Of a stretch of 64,000 nucleotides of DNA, positions 19,273-29,418 are shown one piece after another. The position numbers and the translations under genes are program-made. The stretch's first letter is position 1. Each line of letters opens with the position of its first letter. Source of the stretch: Bacteroidales bacterium (GTDB taxonomy: Bacteria > Bacteroidota > Bacteroidia > Bacteroidales > VadinHA17); the NCBI GenBank assembly GCA_040769065.1, contig JAXGLU010000001.1, positions 1,479,218 to 1,543,217 on the forward strand. Reading direction: 5' to 3'. The notes below the pieces were generated by a model. It did not search any database. It was given only the letters and a program-made list of their open reading frames with translations, and was not told where the DNA came from.

Positions 19273-19974
19273 TTAGATCCTGTTTTTTAATAAATAGGTT
19301 TTGTATTTTCCCAGACAATTGCTGATCATATCCTGAAGTCCATTGCTTGTTATAGTCCCTCCCGATATGGCATCAACTCCATGAATATCATCGTCGGAAG
19401 CGCCTCCCTTGACCAACCTGACTGAAACAAAGGAATCATTGTCAAATAACTTTTTGCCATGAAACTGACTTTCAAAGGCAGAAGTATTGATTTCCGCACC
19501 CAATCCGGGGGTTTCTCCCTTGTGATCAAAGTTCACACCATAAATCGTATTCATATCCGACCTTAATGAAACATAGCCGAAAACAGGTCCCCATAGTCCT
19601 TTCCCCTCAACAGGGATTATTACCACTTTTTCTCCGTCATCCGGTTCTGCCATGAAAACCGGCAGTGCCTGCTCATCGATAGGCTTTTTATGTTCATTTC
19701 TAAGAACCACGGTAAATGCATCAATATCGCTCAGTGTGTCACCTTTTGAGTTAATCACGAAACCTTCCTTTATATACTTGCTGTAAAGTGCTTCAGCATC
19801 GGTACGGGTGGAAGAAACATTTATTGATTCAAGCATGTTCCTCTTTTTTTCAATTTCAAGGTTCCTTGCCTGTGCAGGTTGAAGAAGCGTTGCCGTAAGC
19901 GATAGTATTGTTGCAACAACAACAACCATAATTGAGGAAAATATGAAAATATACCTATTACTGAAGTTTTTCAT
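19273..19974 (-). CDS. nqrC: Na+-NQR subunit C (FMN-binding)
   Basis: N-terminal anchor and the flavinylation motif DAISGGTITS. Confidence 0.9.
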   Translation of the reverse strand: MKNFSNRYIFIFSSIMVVVVATILSLTATLLQPAQARNLEIEKKRNMLESINVSSTRTDAEALYSKYIKEGFVINSKGDTLSDIDAFTVVLRNEHKKPIDEQALPVFMAEPDDGEKVVIIPVEGKGLWGPVFGYVSLRSDMNTIYGVNFDHKGETPGLGAEINTSAFESQFHGKKLFDNDSFVSVRLVKGGASDDDIHGVDAISGGTITSNGLQDMISNCLGKYKTYLLKNRI

Positions 19975-21152
19975 TTTGTACCGGTGTTTAATGCAACTTT
20001 GGCTCTCCTGAGCCTTTTCTTAATATTCGACTGAACGACAAAATAATCAATGAGCGGAGCAAAAACATTCATCAGGAGGATGGCAAGCATCACCCCTTCA
20101 GGATAAGCGGGATTAAGAACCCTGATAATGACCGAAAGCAATCCTATCATAAAACCATAAATCCATTTTCCTTTTTCGGTCTGGGAGGCGGTCACCGGAT
20201 CCGTAGCCATAAAAACAGCTCCGAATGCGAAACCTCCCATAACAAAATGATAATAAAATGGAACATCCATATAGGGATTTCCAGAAATCACATTGAAAAG
20301 CAGGCCCATGGCCGCTCCTCCCCCAATTACGCCCAGCATTATTTTCCAACTTCCCACTCCGGTTATCAACAGAATAACAGCTCCCAAAAGAATTGCTATG
20401 GTCGAAGTCTCTCCCACAGAACCAGGAATTGTTCCGATAAACATTTCCATGAATGACGGAAGGTTTCCCATATCTCCGGCAGCGCAAATGGCAAGAGGTG
20501 TTGCACCTGAGTAACCATCGATGATATTTTCACCTGTAACCATGCCTTCAGTCCAAACGTTATCACCAGTCATCCAGCCTGGGTAACTAAAGAACAGGAA
20601 TGCCCTTGCCAGCAAAGCCGGATTGAGAATATTCATTCCGGTACCTCCAAAGACTTCTTTGCCCAGAATGACAGAGAAAGCAACTGCCAGAGCCAGCATC
20701 CAAAGTGGTATATCAATTGGCATGATCAGCGGAATGAGAAGCCCTGTAACAAGGTATCCTTCATTAATTTCATGTCCGCGTATCTGTGCAGCTGCAAATT
20801 CGATCCCCAATCCCACACCATAACTAACAATGATAAGTGGCAGCAATCTGATCAAGCCAAACCAGAAAGACTGTAATAATCCGGGATCAACGCCAACAGA
20901 CCTGAAATGCTGGAGGCCGGTATTGTAACAACCAAAAAGCAGGGCTGGTATGAGGGCAATGATAACAACGGTCATAATCCGTTTCATATCAATGGGATCC
21001 CTTACATGGGAACCTTTAAATGTAACCTTGTCGGGAACAAACATGAAAGTTTCAAATCCTTCAAACACCGACTGCAGCCTGGAAAACTTACCTCCCTTAG
21101 TGAAATGGGGCTTCAGCTTATCTAACTTTTTTCTTAAAAAATCCATTATCAA
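19971..21152 (-). CDS. nqrB: Na+-NQR subunit B
   Basis: Polytopic NqrB/RnfD type with the flavinylation motif YSGATPL. Overlaps nqrC by 4 nt. Confidence 0.92.
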   Translation of the reverse strand: MIMDFLRKKLDKLKPHFTKGGKFSRLQSVFEGFETFMFVPDKVTFKGSHVRDPIDMKRIMTVVIIALIPALLFGCYNTGLQHFRSVGVDPGLLQSFWFGLIRLLPLIIVSYGVGLGIEFAAAQIRGHEINEGYLVTGLLIPLIMPIDIPLWMLALAVAFSVILGKEVFGGTGMNILNPALLARAFLFFSYPGWMTGDNVWTEGMVTGENIIDGYSGATPLAICAAGDMGNLPSFMEMFIGTIPGSVGETSTIAILLGAVILLITGVGSWKIMLGVIGGGAAMGLLFNVISGNPYMDVPFYYHFVMGGFAFGAVFMATDPVTASQTEKGKWIYGFMIGLLSVIIRVLNPAYPEGVMLAILLMNVFAPLIDYFVVQSNIKKRLRRAKVALNTGTK

Positions 21153-21170
21153 TTGAAAAATCAGTGGGTT

Positions 21171-22523
21171 TTAACTCATTTCTTTTCTCATCAGATCAAG
21201 TCCGTTCCTGATCACAGACTGGATTTCAATTTTGGAAGGACAAATAAACTCACAAAGCGCAAAATCTTCTTCAGCTACTTCATAAATCCCCAGGTTCTCC
21301 ATCATGTCAATATCTTCTGCAATGATGGCCTTCAGAAGCTGCAAGGGATATATATCCATCGGAAACACCTTTTCATACTGGCCGGTCATAACAAAAGCCC
21401 TTTCGCCTCCATGAATGTTTGTATCGAGCTTATAGGTTTTCCTTGGGAAAAGAGAAGAAAGGAAAGTCCTTGAAAAACTGAACTTGTTAAAGCCGGGCAA
21501 TGCCCATCCGAAAAATTCATGATAGTTACCTTCAGGGATAACTGTAATCTGCGAATCATAGAAACCAAGAAAACCATCATGACTTATCCTTGTTCCTGTA
21601 AGAACGTTACCGCTTATGAAGCGCAGGTTACCCTGCTTAATATTGCCGTCAACAACCGGGGCAACAGATCCTCCGGTCAGGATCCTGTAATAGCGCGGCT
21701 CCTTAACCTCAGAACCGGTAAGGGCGATTATTTTCTCAGGTTTGTAAATGCCTTCTGCAAAAAGCCTCCCTATTGAGAACACATCCTGCAGATTAGCACA
21801 CCAAACAGTTTCTCCTTTGTTAACCGGATCAAGATGATGTATATGTACACCAACATTGCCTGAAGGATGAGGACCAGAGAAATATGACACTTCCACACCC
21901 GGAATATCATCAGGAATCCTGCCTGGTGTGTCATCTCCATTCAGTACGAGATTTACATTGCCTTTGGTCATCCTCGCCAGTGCAGCCATTCCCGTCCGGA
22001 AGTAATTAACAGGAGAATTCTCAGCTATAAAATTATAGTCGGGAGCAAGCGGTGCAGAGTCAAAACCGGAAACAAATACCGATTTAGGTTCAATATGGGG
22101 GTCAGCCACCACATTATACGGCCTTTGCCTGATTGCCGGCCAAAGGCCTGAAATCAGAAGCTTTTCAATAATCTCTTCCCTGCTTAGCCTGCTTATGTCA
22201 CTTTTACCGAAGTCAATATACTCTTCTCTTTCCTTTTGAACAATCACCTCAAGTATCTTTCTCTTCTCTCCGCGGTTAACTGTCAAAACTGTACCGCTTA
22301 CAGGCGATACGAAGCGTATCTCAGGTCGTGCCTTATCATGAAACAGCGGTGTTCCTGCTTTTACAGGATCGCCGGGCCTGACATCAAGCTTGGGCGTTAG
22401 TCCGGGGAAATCAACCGGCTTCACTGCAAATAAAGGGGGATGTACATCTCCCGCAAGAATTTTTTCAGCATTCCCTTGCAAACGTATGTCAAAACCCCTT
22501 TTTAGCTTTATTGATATGGACAT
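21171..22523 (-). CDS. nqrA: Na+-NQR subunit A
   Basis: 450-aa soluble subunit and first gene of the operon. N-terminal KRGFDIRLQG...KP.DFPG pattern is typical of NqrA. Confidence 0.9.
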   Translation of the reverse strand: MSISIKLKRGFDIRLQGNAEKILAGDVHPPLFAVKPVDFPGLTPKLDVRPGDPVKAGTPLFHDKARPEIRFVSPVSGTVLTVNRGEKRKILEVIVQKEREEYIDFGKSDISRLSREEIIEKLLISGLWPAIRQRPYNVVADPHIEPKSVFVSGFDSAPLAPDYNFIAENSPVNYFRTGMAALARMTKGNVNLVLNGDDTPGRIPDDIPGVEVSYFSGPHPSGNVGVHIHHLDPVNKGETVWCANLQDVFSIGRLFAEGIYKPEKIIALTGSEVKEPRYYRILTGGSVAPVVDGNIKQGNLRFISGNVLTGTRISHDGFLGFYDSQITVIPEGNYHEFFGWALPGFNKFSFSRTFLSSLFPRKTYKLDTNIHGGERAFVMTGQYEKVFPMDIYPLQLLKAIIAEDIDMMENLGIYEVAEEDFALCEFICPSKIEIQSVIRNGLDLMRKEMS

Positions 22524-22636
22524 TATGTTTTATGAAATTTAAATGACTGTTTTCACTAAAAGGTAACTTAAACATCAGGTTCAGTCCTGTTTTTCAGGAA
22601 AATATAAGATAATCGTAAATTTCTGAAAAACCAGGT

Positions 22637-22656
22637 GTTGTTAATAAATTAACAAC
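22637..22656. promoter_or_regulatory. Inverted repeat GTTGTTAAT-aa-ATTAACAAC in the nqrA / DUF5103 divergent intergenic region (candidate operator)
   Basis: 9-bp perfect arms with a 2-nt spacer, seen directly. The loop is too short for an RNA hairpin, which favours a dimeric DNA-binding site. Confidence 0.3.
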
Positions 22657-22726
22657 AAATCACAAAAGTAATTATCCCGGACCATAATTAGTAAAAAGTG
22701 TTAAAAATGATGTCACTTTTTTAAAT

Positions 22727-22734
22727 TATTTTTG
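22727..22734 (+). promoter_or_regulatory. Candidate Bacteroidota -7 promoter box TATTTTTG
   Basis: Matches the TAnnTTTG consensus and lies 25 nt upstream of ATG 22760. No clean -33 TTTG was seen. Confidence 0.35.
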
Positions 22735-22759
22735 TCAACAAATATAAAAACTATATCCA

Positions 22760-24049
22760 ATGAGGTTTTTCCTGCTGCTGGCATGTCTTCTTTCGGCTTG
22801 TTTTCCGGTCAGAATTGCCGGGGAATCAGCCCCTGAGATAATGACAGAAAAAGTTAAAGACGACAAAATCAAAACTGTTATGCTTTTCAGGGAGGGCTGG
22901 GAACTTTCATATCCTATAATGAAGCTGGGAAGTGATGACAGGTTGATCCTGCACTTCGACCTGCTCGGGGATGACATTGAAACATACTATTACACTTTCA
23001 TCCATTGCGATAAGGACTGGATCAGGTCAGATATCTTCTTCAACGATTTCCTTGAAGGTTTTCCGGAAAATCCTATTGAAGAATACAGATCATCATTCAA
23101 CACCACAGTAAAATATGTTCATTACAAACTTACTTTCCCAAATGACAGGATCAGACTTACACTTTCAGGCAATTATATATTATCGGTCTACAGGGCCGGA
23201 GAGCCGGATATGCCGGTAATCACCAAAAGATTTATTGTGACCGAAAATATTGCTTCCATAGAAATGAACATGCACAGGCCCAGAATGACAACCAATACCG
23301 ACACCCATCAGCAAGTCGATTTTACTGTAAATATTTCAAGCCTTAACATCCTGGATCCATACAGAGACATATATTCAACAGTGCTTCAAAATGGAAGATG
23401 GGCCACAGCCAGGTGCAACCTGAAACCCGAATTTTTCAGCAACAGTGAACTGAAATACAGTTCACTGTCTGACAAAACAATATTTCCGGGGGGTAATGAA
23501 TTCAGGTATTTTGACATAAAAAGCATAAGATACAAATCAGAATTCATCAGGAACATTGAGTTTCTTATGTCAAACTATCATGTATACCTTACTCCGTCAG
23601 AAAACAGGGAATATAAACCATATTTCTATCAAAAGGATCTTAACGGCAAATATCTCATTGCGGTGCAGGAAGGACAAAATGCTGACACAGATGCCGACTA
23701 CCTGTATGTATATTTCACACTTTCTGCAAAGGAGCCGTTGCCAGGAGGAAAGGTATATGTAGGGGGAGCATTCAACAACTGGGAATTTGGCGCTGGTAAT
23801 CACATGGCATATAATGCTGAAGGTTCAGCTTATGAATGTATCATTTTGTTGAAGCAGGGCTGGTATAACTATGAATATACTTTTATAAAGGATTCAGACG
23901 ATAATGATATTATTCGCGGATTCGAAGGGAATCATTATGAGACTGAAAATGATTATTCTGTAATTGTCTATTACAGGAATCCCAGGGACAGGTACGACCG
24001 TGTTATCAGCACAGTAACGGCAAATTCGCTTAATCGCATTACTGATTAA
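22760..24049 (+). CDS. DUF5103-like protein (family annotated as T9SS plug protein)
   Basis: Signal peptide, then VMLFREGWELSYPIMKLGSDDRLILHFDLLGDD..YYYTFIHCDKDW and SGNYILSVY, which match my recollection of the DUF5103 N-terminal region. Confidence 0.6.
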   Translation: MRFFLLLACLLSACFPVRIAGESAPEIMTEKVKDDKIKTVMLFREGWELSYPIMKLGSDDRLILHFDLLGDDIETYYYTFIHCDKDWIRSDIFFNDFLEGFPENPIEEYRSSFNTTVKYVHYKLTFPNDRIRLTLSGNYILSVYRAGEPDMPVITKRFIVTENIASIEMNMHRPRMTTNTDTHQQVDFTVNISSLNILDPYRDIYSTVLQNGRWATARCNLKPEFFSNSELKYSSLSDKTIFPGGNEFRYFDIKSIRYKSEFIRNIEFLMSNYHVYLTPSENREYKPYFYQKDLNGKYLIAVQEGQNADTDADYLYVYFTLSAKEPLPGGKVYVGGAFNNWEFGAGNHMAYNAEGSAYECIILLKQGWYNYEYTFIKDSDDNDIIRGFEGNHYETENDYSVIVYYRNPRDRYDRVISTVTANSLNRITD

Positions 24050-24097
24050 TACTTTCCATGGTTGTCAATTCCATGTTAAGGTGCATATCATTAACCT

Positions 24098-24128
24098 GAT
24101 CCGCGCTTTAGCGGTCGCGGGTTTTGTG
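24098..24128 (+). terminator. Putative intrinsic terminator after the DUF5103-like gene
   Basis: GC-rich hairpin CCGCG-(10 nt)-CGCGG at 24101-24120, followed by GTTTTGTG. Confidence 0.45.
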
Positions 24129-24485
24129 ATTATGAAATTTGCCGTCTGTATTCAAATATACAGCTGTAAACCCGGTTTTATCATGACAATAGTCGATAAA
24201 TGAACTGTTTCCAGTTTCTCTATTAAGCGTTAACAGGCAGAAAAGACCGGCTAAAGCTATTAACACACATACACTGTTTTGTTGAAATCTCACAAATTCC
24301 TCAAGGAGATTTGTGACTATCTTTGCTCACCAAACAAGTGCATAGCACTGAAGAATAACTTTGAAAGAATCAACAATAAAGCAAGGATTACAACCTGTTA
24401 CATCCGGCTTGAAAGGGAGAATATTCCTGATTTCTTTGATTTACCTTATGAGTAGCGGTTGAGAAAAAAACAGTAGGTTTGCACT

Positions 24486-24830
24486 ATGATCATCAGGTTT
24501 AAATTCATTGACAAACTACCTCCTGTCATCAGGGACAAATATCTATTGACCATATTGCTTTTTGTTCTATGGCTTGTATTTCTCGATTCCAATAACCTTA
24601 TCACAAGACACAAGGAACTAAAGAACTTAAGGAAGCTCAAAACTGAGATGGAGTATTATTCAAAACGCATTGAAGAAGACAAGATCAAACTCCATGAGCT
24701 AAAAACTGACAACAGGAATCTCGAAAAATTTGCCAGGGAGCAGTACAAAATGAAGAAACCTAATGAAGACCTTTATGTGATTCTCACTCCTTCCGAAAAC
24801 AGGAAAAAAGAAAGAAAAACCCGAAGGTAG
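24486..24830 (+). CDS. Septum formation initiator family protein (FtsB/DivIC-like)
   Basis: 114 aa with a single TM (YLLTILLFVLWLVFL) followed by a coiled coil and FAREQYKMKKPNEDLYVI. Confidence 0.8.
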   Translation: MIIRFKFIDKLPPVIRDKYLLTILLFVLWLVFLDSNNLITRHKELKNLRKLKTEMEYYSKRIEEDKIKLHELKTDNRNLEKFAREQYKMKKPNEDLYVILTPSENRKKERKTRR

Positions 24831-24879
24831 TATGTTGAATTATCCATAACTGCTCTCCGATAAGTTGTTTTCGGAAGGC

Positions 24880-26151
24880 TCATTCAAATTTTTCTGATTT
24901 TTCCAGAGCCCTGTAGAAAGTAAGAATTTCTTCAGGCCGGAAAAAACTCGGATAGAAGCCCAGCATTTCAAGTAATTTCAAAGATGAAGAGATCACAGGC
25001 TGTCTGGCAAAAAACCCGGAATGAACTGAATTCATGTATCTTACAATCCTGAACATATTAAACCAGCCGAAGAATCTCTTTCTGAATGAATCATATCCGG
25101 AGGTATTATCCTTTATCTCCGAAACACGCTCTTCCCATTCATGTTCGCTAAGCACGAAACGCAGGCTATCAGGTAACTCCTGATAAAGGCTCCGCAATTT
25201 ACCCCGGGGAGTGAGAAATAATCTCTCTGTCATCCCAAAAAAGTGTTTCAGCTCATGAAATGAATCAACACTGTAGGTATTCAGTTCACAGCCTGGTTCA
25301 CCACTAAGTTTTCCTACAATTGTTCCTGTCCCGAAAGGAACTCTTGATGAAATCCTTGAAGATGGATATACCGTTGTTTCATTCAGACTGAAATAGCCAC
25401 CCTGGGGAAATAATTTCTGTATAAAGTAAAAATCCTCACCGGCTTTACGGCGGTTCATTCCTCCTGACTCAACATATTGCAAAGCTTTAACGCCCATTGC
25501 AGAGCCAACGGTATGAAATGCGTTAGGGAAACCTGCGTATCTAAGGCCTTGATAATAATATCTCAAGTGAATCTCATACAATAAAATGGGTTCAAAACCT
25601 TCATCCGGCATTTCCCTGCTCTCAAGGGGATGCTCAAAATAAACCGAACAGGCTTTTCTATCTTTCCTGTTACAGAATTCATCATTTATAGCTTCAAAAT
25701 AATTACCTGCAACTGTGCAGTCAGCATCAAGGTTCATAATAACACCATCCGGCCTGTTTATCTGTTCAAACCTCCTCACTGCTTCATCCATACCTGTCTT
25801 TCTAGCAGAACCCACACCCCAATCCTTTGTTGCACAGTCAGATACATCGATGGCGAATACGCGGAAAAAACATTGTGTGTTTTTGGTCTTCCAGTTCTCC
25901 GTTTCAGAAATGGTTTTCCTGTTGTTTTCCAGAATCTCTGAGGAAACACCCAGTGGTGCATTGACTATTATAATTACCTCTGTACTAATACCCGGATCGC
26001 TGCACGCTGCAAGTGAGTCGAGCATTAATGTGATTCCGGTTTCATTAAATGAAGGTACAACGACTATTATTCCGGTATCAGGCAGGGGTGCCTCTTTTAT
26101 TAAGGTAGGGAAAAGCGCTCTTTTTTCAAGATAGCCTGAGGCAAAACCCAT
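24880..26151 (-). CDS. Family 2 glycosyltransferase
   Basis: VVVPSFNE near the N-terminus and a DxD-type NLDADC motif. 423 aa. Confidence 0.75.
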   Translation of the reverse strand: MGFASGYLEKRALFPTLIKEAPLPDTGIIVVVPSFNETGITLMLDSLAACSDPGISTEVIIIVNAPLGVSSEILENNRKTISETENWKTKNTQCFFRVFAIDVSDCATKDWGVGSARKTGMDEAVRRFEQINRPDGVIMNLDADCTVAGNYFEAINDEFCNRKDRKACSVYFEHPLESREMPDEGFEPILLYEIHLRYYYQGLRYAGFPNAFHTVGSAMGVKALQYVESGGMNRRKAGEDFYFIQKLFPQGGYFSLNETTVYPSSRISSRVPFGTGTIVGKLSGEPGCELNTYSVDSFHELKHFFGMTERLFLTPRGKLRSLYQELPDSLRFVLSEHEWEERVSEIKDNTSGYDSFRKRFFGWFNMFRIVRYMNSVHSGFFARQPVISSSLKLLEMLGFYPSFFRPEEILTFYRALEKSEKFE

Positions 26152-26156
26152 TTCAA

Positions 26157-26759
26157 CTATTTTTTCTCTTCCTTGTACTTTTTGTTAAGAGCATCGAGTA
26201 ATCTTGGAGTAATATCACAGGCACTGTCGCCATAAAGTACAACACTTCCAAATGTCTTTCCAAGAATGTACTGATAATTGTATTCCGCCTTGTGCTCTTC
26301 CAGGAAGCGGGTTATATACTCTATTATTTGCCTGTTCATTACCTGTTCCTCTTCAAGCAGATCGGACTGAAGCCTATCCCTGAGATTAACAAGGTCCTGC
26401 TGCTGCTGAAGGATTGATTGCTCCATCTCTGCTGCTGTTGCCCTGGTAACAAGGCCTTTAGTCACCTTTTCCTGAAAGTCTCTTGCACTTCTTTCGTACT
26501 GGGTTCCTTTTGAGTTAAGCTCAGCTTCAGCTCTTTTCTGCTTTTCCAGGAGTTCAGCGCTCCTGTCAAAAAACATGTCAAATTTAAAGATAATGGTATC
26601 AATGTTCACATAGGCAATACCATTTGACATGGTTTCCAGCTGAGTTCCTTGCTTATCTTTTGACTTTGCTCCCCTTTCACCGGAAAAATGAAGGAAGAAG
26701 AGGGTTGCCACTGCCAGGAATAAAACCGTAAACAGCGCAGCAGATATGTTATTCTTCAT
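26157..26759 (-). CDS. OmpH/Skp-like periplasmic chaperone family protein
   Basis: N-terminal hydrophobic anchor, then a Q/E/K-rich coiled coil typical of OmpH (IAYVNIDTI...). Lies 5 nt upstream of the GT2 gene. Confidence 0.7.
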   Translation of the reverse strand: MKNNISAALFTVLFLAVATLFFLHFSGERGAKSKDKQGTQLETMSNGIAYVNIDTIIFKFDMFFDRSAELLEKQKRAEAELNSKGTQYERSARDFQEKVTKGLVTRATAAEMEQSILQQQQDLVNLRDRLQSDLLEEEQVMNRQIIEYITRFLEEHKAEYNYQYILGKTFGSVVLYGDSACDITPRLLDALNKKYKEEKK

Positions 26760-26905
26760 TGGATATTAGTTATTTGTTAAACAATCGTCAGGCGCAAATA
26801 TATATAATTAATAGATCAGGCAATCTGGAAAAGGAAATTAAAAGCTCCGATAAGCTTTCAAATTAGTAGGAAATACTAGTTGGAAATCGGCCAGTCCTGT
26901 GTATT

Positions 26906-27892
26906 CTAGAATTCCGGGCAGGGTATTGCCCTTATCTTTCTTTTCTGACCAAGTGAGGAACTGTTGAATTCATATATCAGTGACACCTCATGAGAACCTG
27001 CTGTTGAGCTTATGAGATTTGAAATAGTGAAATCGTAACTATAGCCAATATGCAGTTGATTTGTTTTTATCCCTATCAGTCCGATAATTGCGTCGCCTGC
27101 CTGACTGGTAGCAAATGGGATGCCCCTGTACCAGAGCCCGAAGATCAGTGGACTGCGGTAATAGTATAATCCTACATCGGACTGATAGAAGTCAGCCTGT
27201 TTCTGGAAATTCATTGCCACGGAGAGGACTTCCTGAAGTGTTTGTCTCAACCTTGTCTTTCTCAGGACCTGCAATCCTCCAAAGACATTTATTTTCACGG
27301 GAAGATTTGCATCATCCCCATAAAATGACTGTTTTGGCCTGAGCAGGTGATCCAGGGTAAAGCCAGCCCAAATCCTGTCATTATATACAAGCGCTGAAGT
27401 AGCAAAATCAATATCCGCTACATTTTCGAAAGGAGGCGGATAAACCGAAGGCCCGGTTCCGCTGCCGGTCATCTGGCTGGAAAAAACCAGCTTATAGATA
27501 TCGAGACCCAGGTAATAAAATTTGAAATTAACACCAGGACGTATATGCCAGTCCTGAGTAATATTGAAATCATAGGAATACACGAGTCCGATGTTTGTTG
27601 TACTGAGTTCACCGGAACCTGCAACATCGTATGTTGCAATGACACCTATTCCTGAATTGAAATTTACCAGGGCTTTATCAAAAGAAATGCTGTATGTATG
27701 AAAAACACCAGGCACTGCAGGCCATTGGTTCCTGTAGTTCAAGGCAAGCCTGTAATCTGACGTAGCCCCTGCAAAGGAAGGAGCCAGATACAGAGCATTG
27801 GCATAGAACTGGGAAAATGTGGGATCCTGTCCAAAAGTGTCAGTGACCAGAATTATTGACAATACAAGAATATATTTAACCTTTTTGATCAA
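26906..27892 (-). CDS. PorP/SprF family type IX secretion system membrane protein
   Basis: Signal peptide, then QDPTFSQFYANALYLAPSFAG and YRNQWP, the PorP/SprF N-terminal signature. Beta-barrel-like remainder ending in F. Confidence 0.85.
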   Translation of the reverse strand: MIKKVKYILVLSIILVTDTFGQDPTFSQFYANALYLAPSFAGATSDYRLALNYRNQWPAVPGVFHTYSISFDKALVNFNSGIGVIATYDVAGSGELSTTNIGLVYSYDFNITQDWHIRPGVNFKFYYLGLDIYKLVFSSQMTGSGTGPSVYPPPFENVADIDFATSALVYNDRIWAGFTLDHLLRPKQSFYGDDANLPVKINVFGGLQVLRKTRLRQTLQEVLSVAMNFQKQADFYQSDVGLYYYRSPLIFGLWYRGIPFATSQAGDAIIGLIGIKTNQLHIGYSYDFTISNLISSTAGSHEVSLIYEFNSSSLGQKRKIRAIPCPEF

Positions 27893-28225
27893 GATATGTT
27901 ACAGGTTTAGTTTATTAATGACGAAAACAATTGTACTGGAACATTAACATTTAACCTATAACGCAGTTTTTCACGAAATGTGACGCAGGCACCGAATAAT
28001 TTTTGATTCTATTCAATTTTATCCTGATTATATGATAAAAATCAGTAATATTTGAGATTGCTGTATGTTGTATAATGTAAAGAATTTCATTGCTGGAAAT
28101 CTCACGATTTTGCATCTTTGCAAGCTTTTGCAACAGGAATAATGTTAAACAAACTTATTGCATCGCTGCTTCCCGAATCACCAACTTCATGTATTTCTCA
28201 TGAATCCGGTCAATTTCTCATTTAG

Positions 28226-28801
28226 TCAAAGATTAATTAAAAGTTCATCGAGCGGCCTTTTAGGGACATGATGAGTCATATCCCCTTCGCGCCAGTATTT
28301 TATGTTGCTTCCGACAGCTTCATCAATCACTATTTTTTCGACAGGCTTGCCAAGGGCAAGAACCAGCAGAATATTAAACCCTGACGGAATGCCAAGTTCT
28401 TTCCTGAGCTGTTCACGTTTTATGGAACCTATCATGCAACCTCCCAATCCGGCTTCCGATGCTCCAAGCATTATAGTTTGTGCAGCAATTCCATGGTCTA
28501 CGTTAAACGACCCGGTTATCGATGTGTCGCCAAGTATGATAATATATGCCGACGGACGCTCGCCCGGTGCTGGCCCATCCCAGTCTTCAAGATATCCCGC
28601 CCAGGCAAGTGAAGGGAAGATCCTTTCACAATCCTTCGGAGTATTATACAGCAAATACTTAAGAGGCTGCATGTTTGCCGCCGAGGGGGAAAGTCTGGCA
28701 AGACCTATCAGGTCTTCAAGCAACCCCGACTCAACTTTATATGACTGGTCAAATCTTCTGTACGACCGCGTTTTTAAAACAAGATCCTTAAAATTCGTCA
28801 T
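28226..28801 (-). CDS. Nitroreductase family protein
   Basis: RSYRRF near the N-terminus, PSAANMQP, nitroreductase fold length (191 aa). Confidence 0.85.
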   Translation of the reverse strand: MTNFKDLVLKTRSYRRFDQSYKVESGLLEDLIGLARLSPSAANMQPLKYLLYNTPKDCERIFPSLAWAGYLEDWDGPAPGERPSAYIIILGDTSITGSFNVDHGIAAQTIMLGASEAGLGGCMIGSIKREQLRKELGIPSGFNILLVLALGKPVEKIVIDEAVGSNIKYWREGDMTHHVPKRPLDELLINL

Positions 28802-29379
28802 TTCAGATATCTCTCAGATATAACATCCCAATCTATCACTTCCCAGAATGACTTTATATAATCGGGTCTTCTGTTCCTGTAATCAATATAATATGCATGT
28901 TCCCACACATCGCATGTCAAAAGCGGCTTCAGACCCTGCCTGATGGGATTTCCTGCGTTTGATTCCTGAACCAAACCAAGGGAGCCGTCGGGATTTTTTA
29001 CCAGCCATGCCCAGCCTGAACCGAAAAGGGTTGATGCTTTTTTTGTAAATTCTTCCCTGAACATATCAAAGGAACCAAACGTCCTGTTAATCTCATCGGC
29101 AAGGACGCCATCGGGTATTCGCTTGCCGGCGGGTGAGAAAGACTCAAAATAGAATGTATGGTTCCATACCTGAGCACCATTATTGAAAATGCCGCCTTCT
29201 GCTTTTCGGATTATGAGTTCGAGGTCGGCCGATTCGTATTCCGTTCCGGGTACAAGCGCGTTCAGATTGTTTACGTACGCCTGATGGTGTTTTCCGTAAT
29301 GAAATTCAAGTGTTTCCTGACTGATAAACGGAGCCAGGGCATTCATTCCGTACGGGAGTTTTGGTAATTCAAATGCCAT
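28798..29379 (-). CDS. sodB: Fe/Mn superoxide dismutase
   Basis: MAFELPKLPY..LEFHYGKHHQAYV, NHTFYF, DVWEHAYY. Metal specificity cannot be decided from sequence. Confidence 0.95.
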   Translation of the reverse strand: MAFELPKLPYGMNALAPFISQETLEFHYGKHHQAYVNNLNALVPGTEYESADLELIIRKAEGGIFNNGAQVWNHTFYFESFSPAGKRIPDGVLADEINRTFGSFDMFREEFTKKASTLFGSGWAWLVKNPDGSLGLVQESNAGNPIRQGLKPLLTCDVWEHAYYIDYRNRRPDYIKSFWEVIDWDVISERYLK

Positions 29380-29418
29380 GATTTTATAGTTTTAATTCTT
29401 ATTTATTACTGATCCTGG

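Noticed and set aside
28302-28823. 173-aa ORF on the + strand
   Set aside because: It is entirely antisense to the well-supported nitroreductase gene and has a low-complexity S/P-rich composition. It is a typical shadow ORF.
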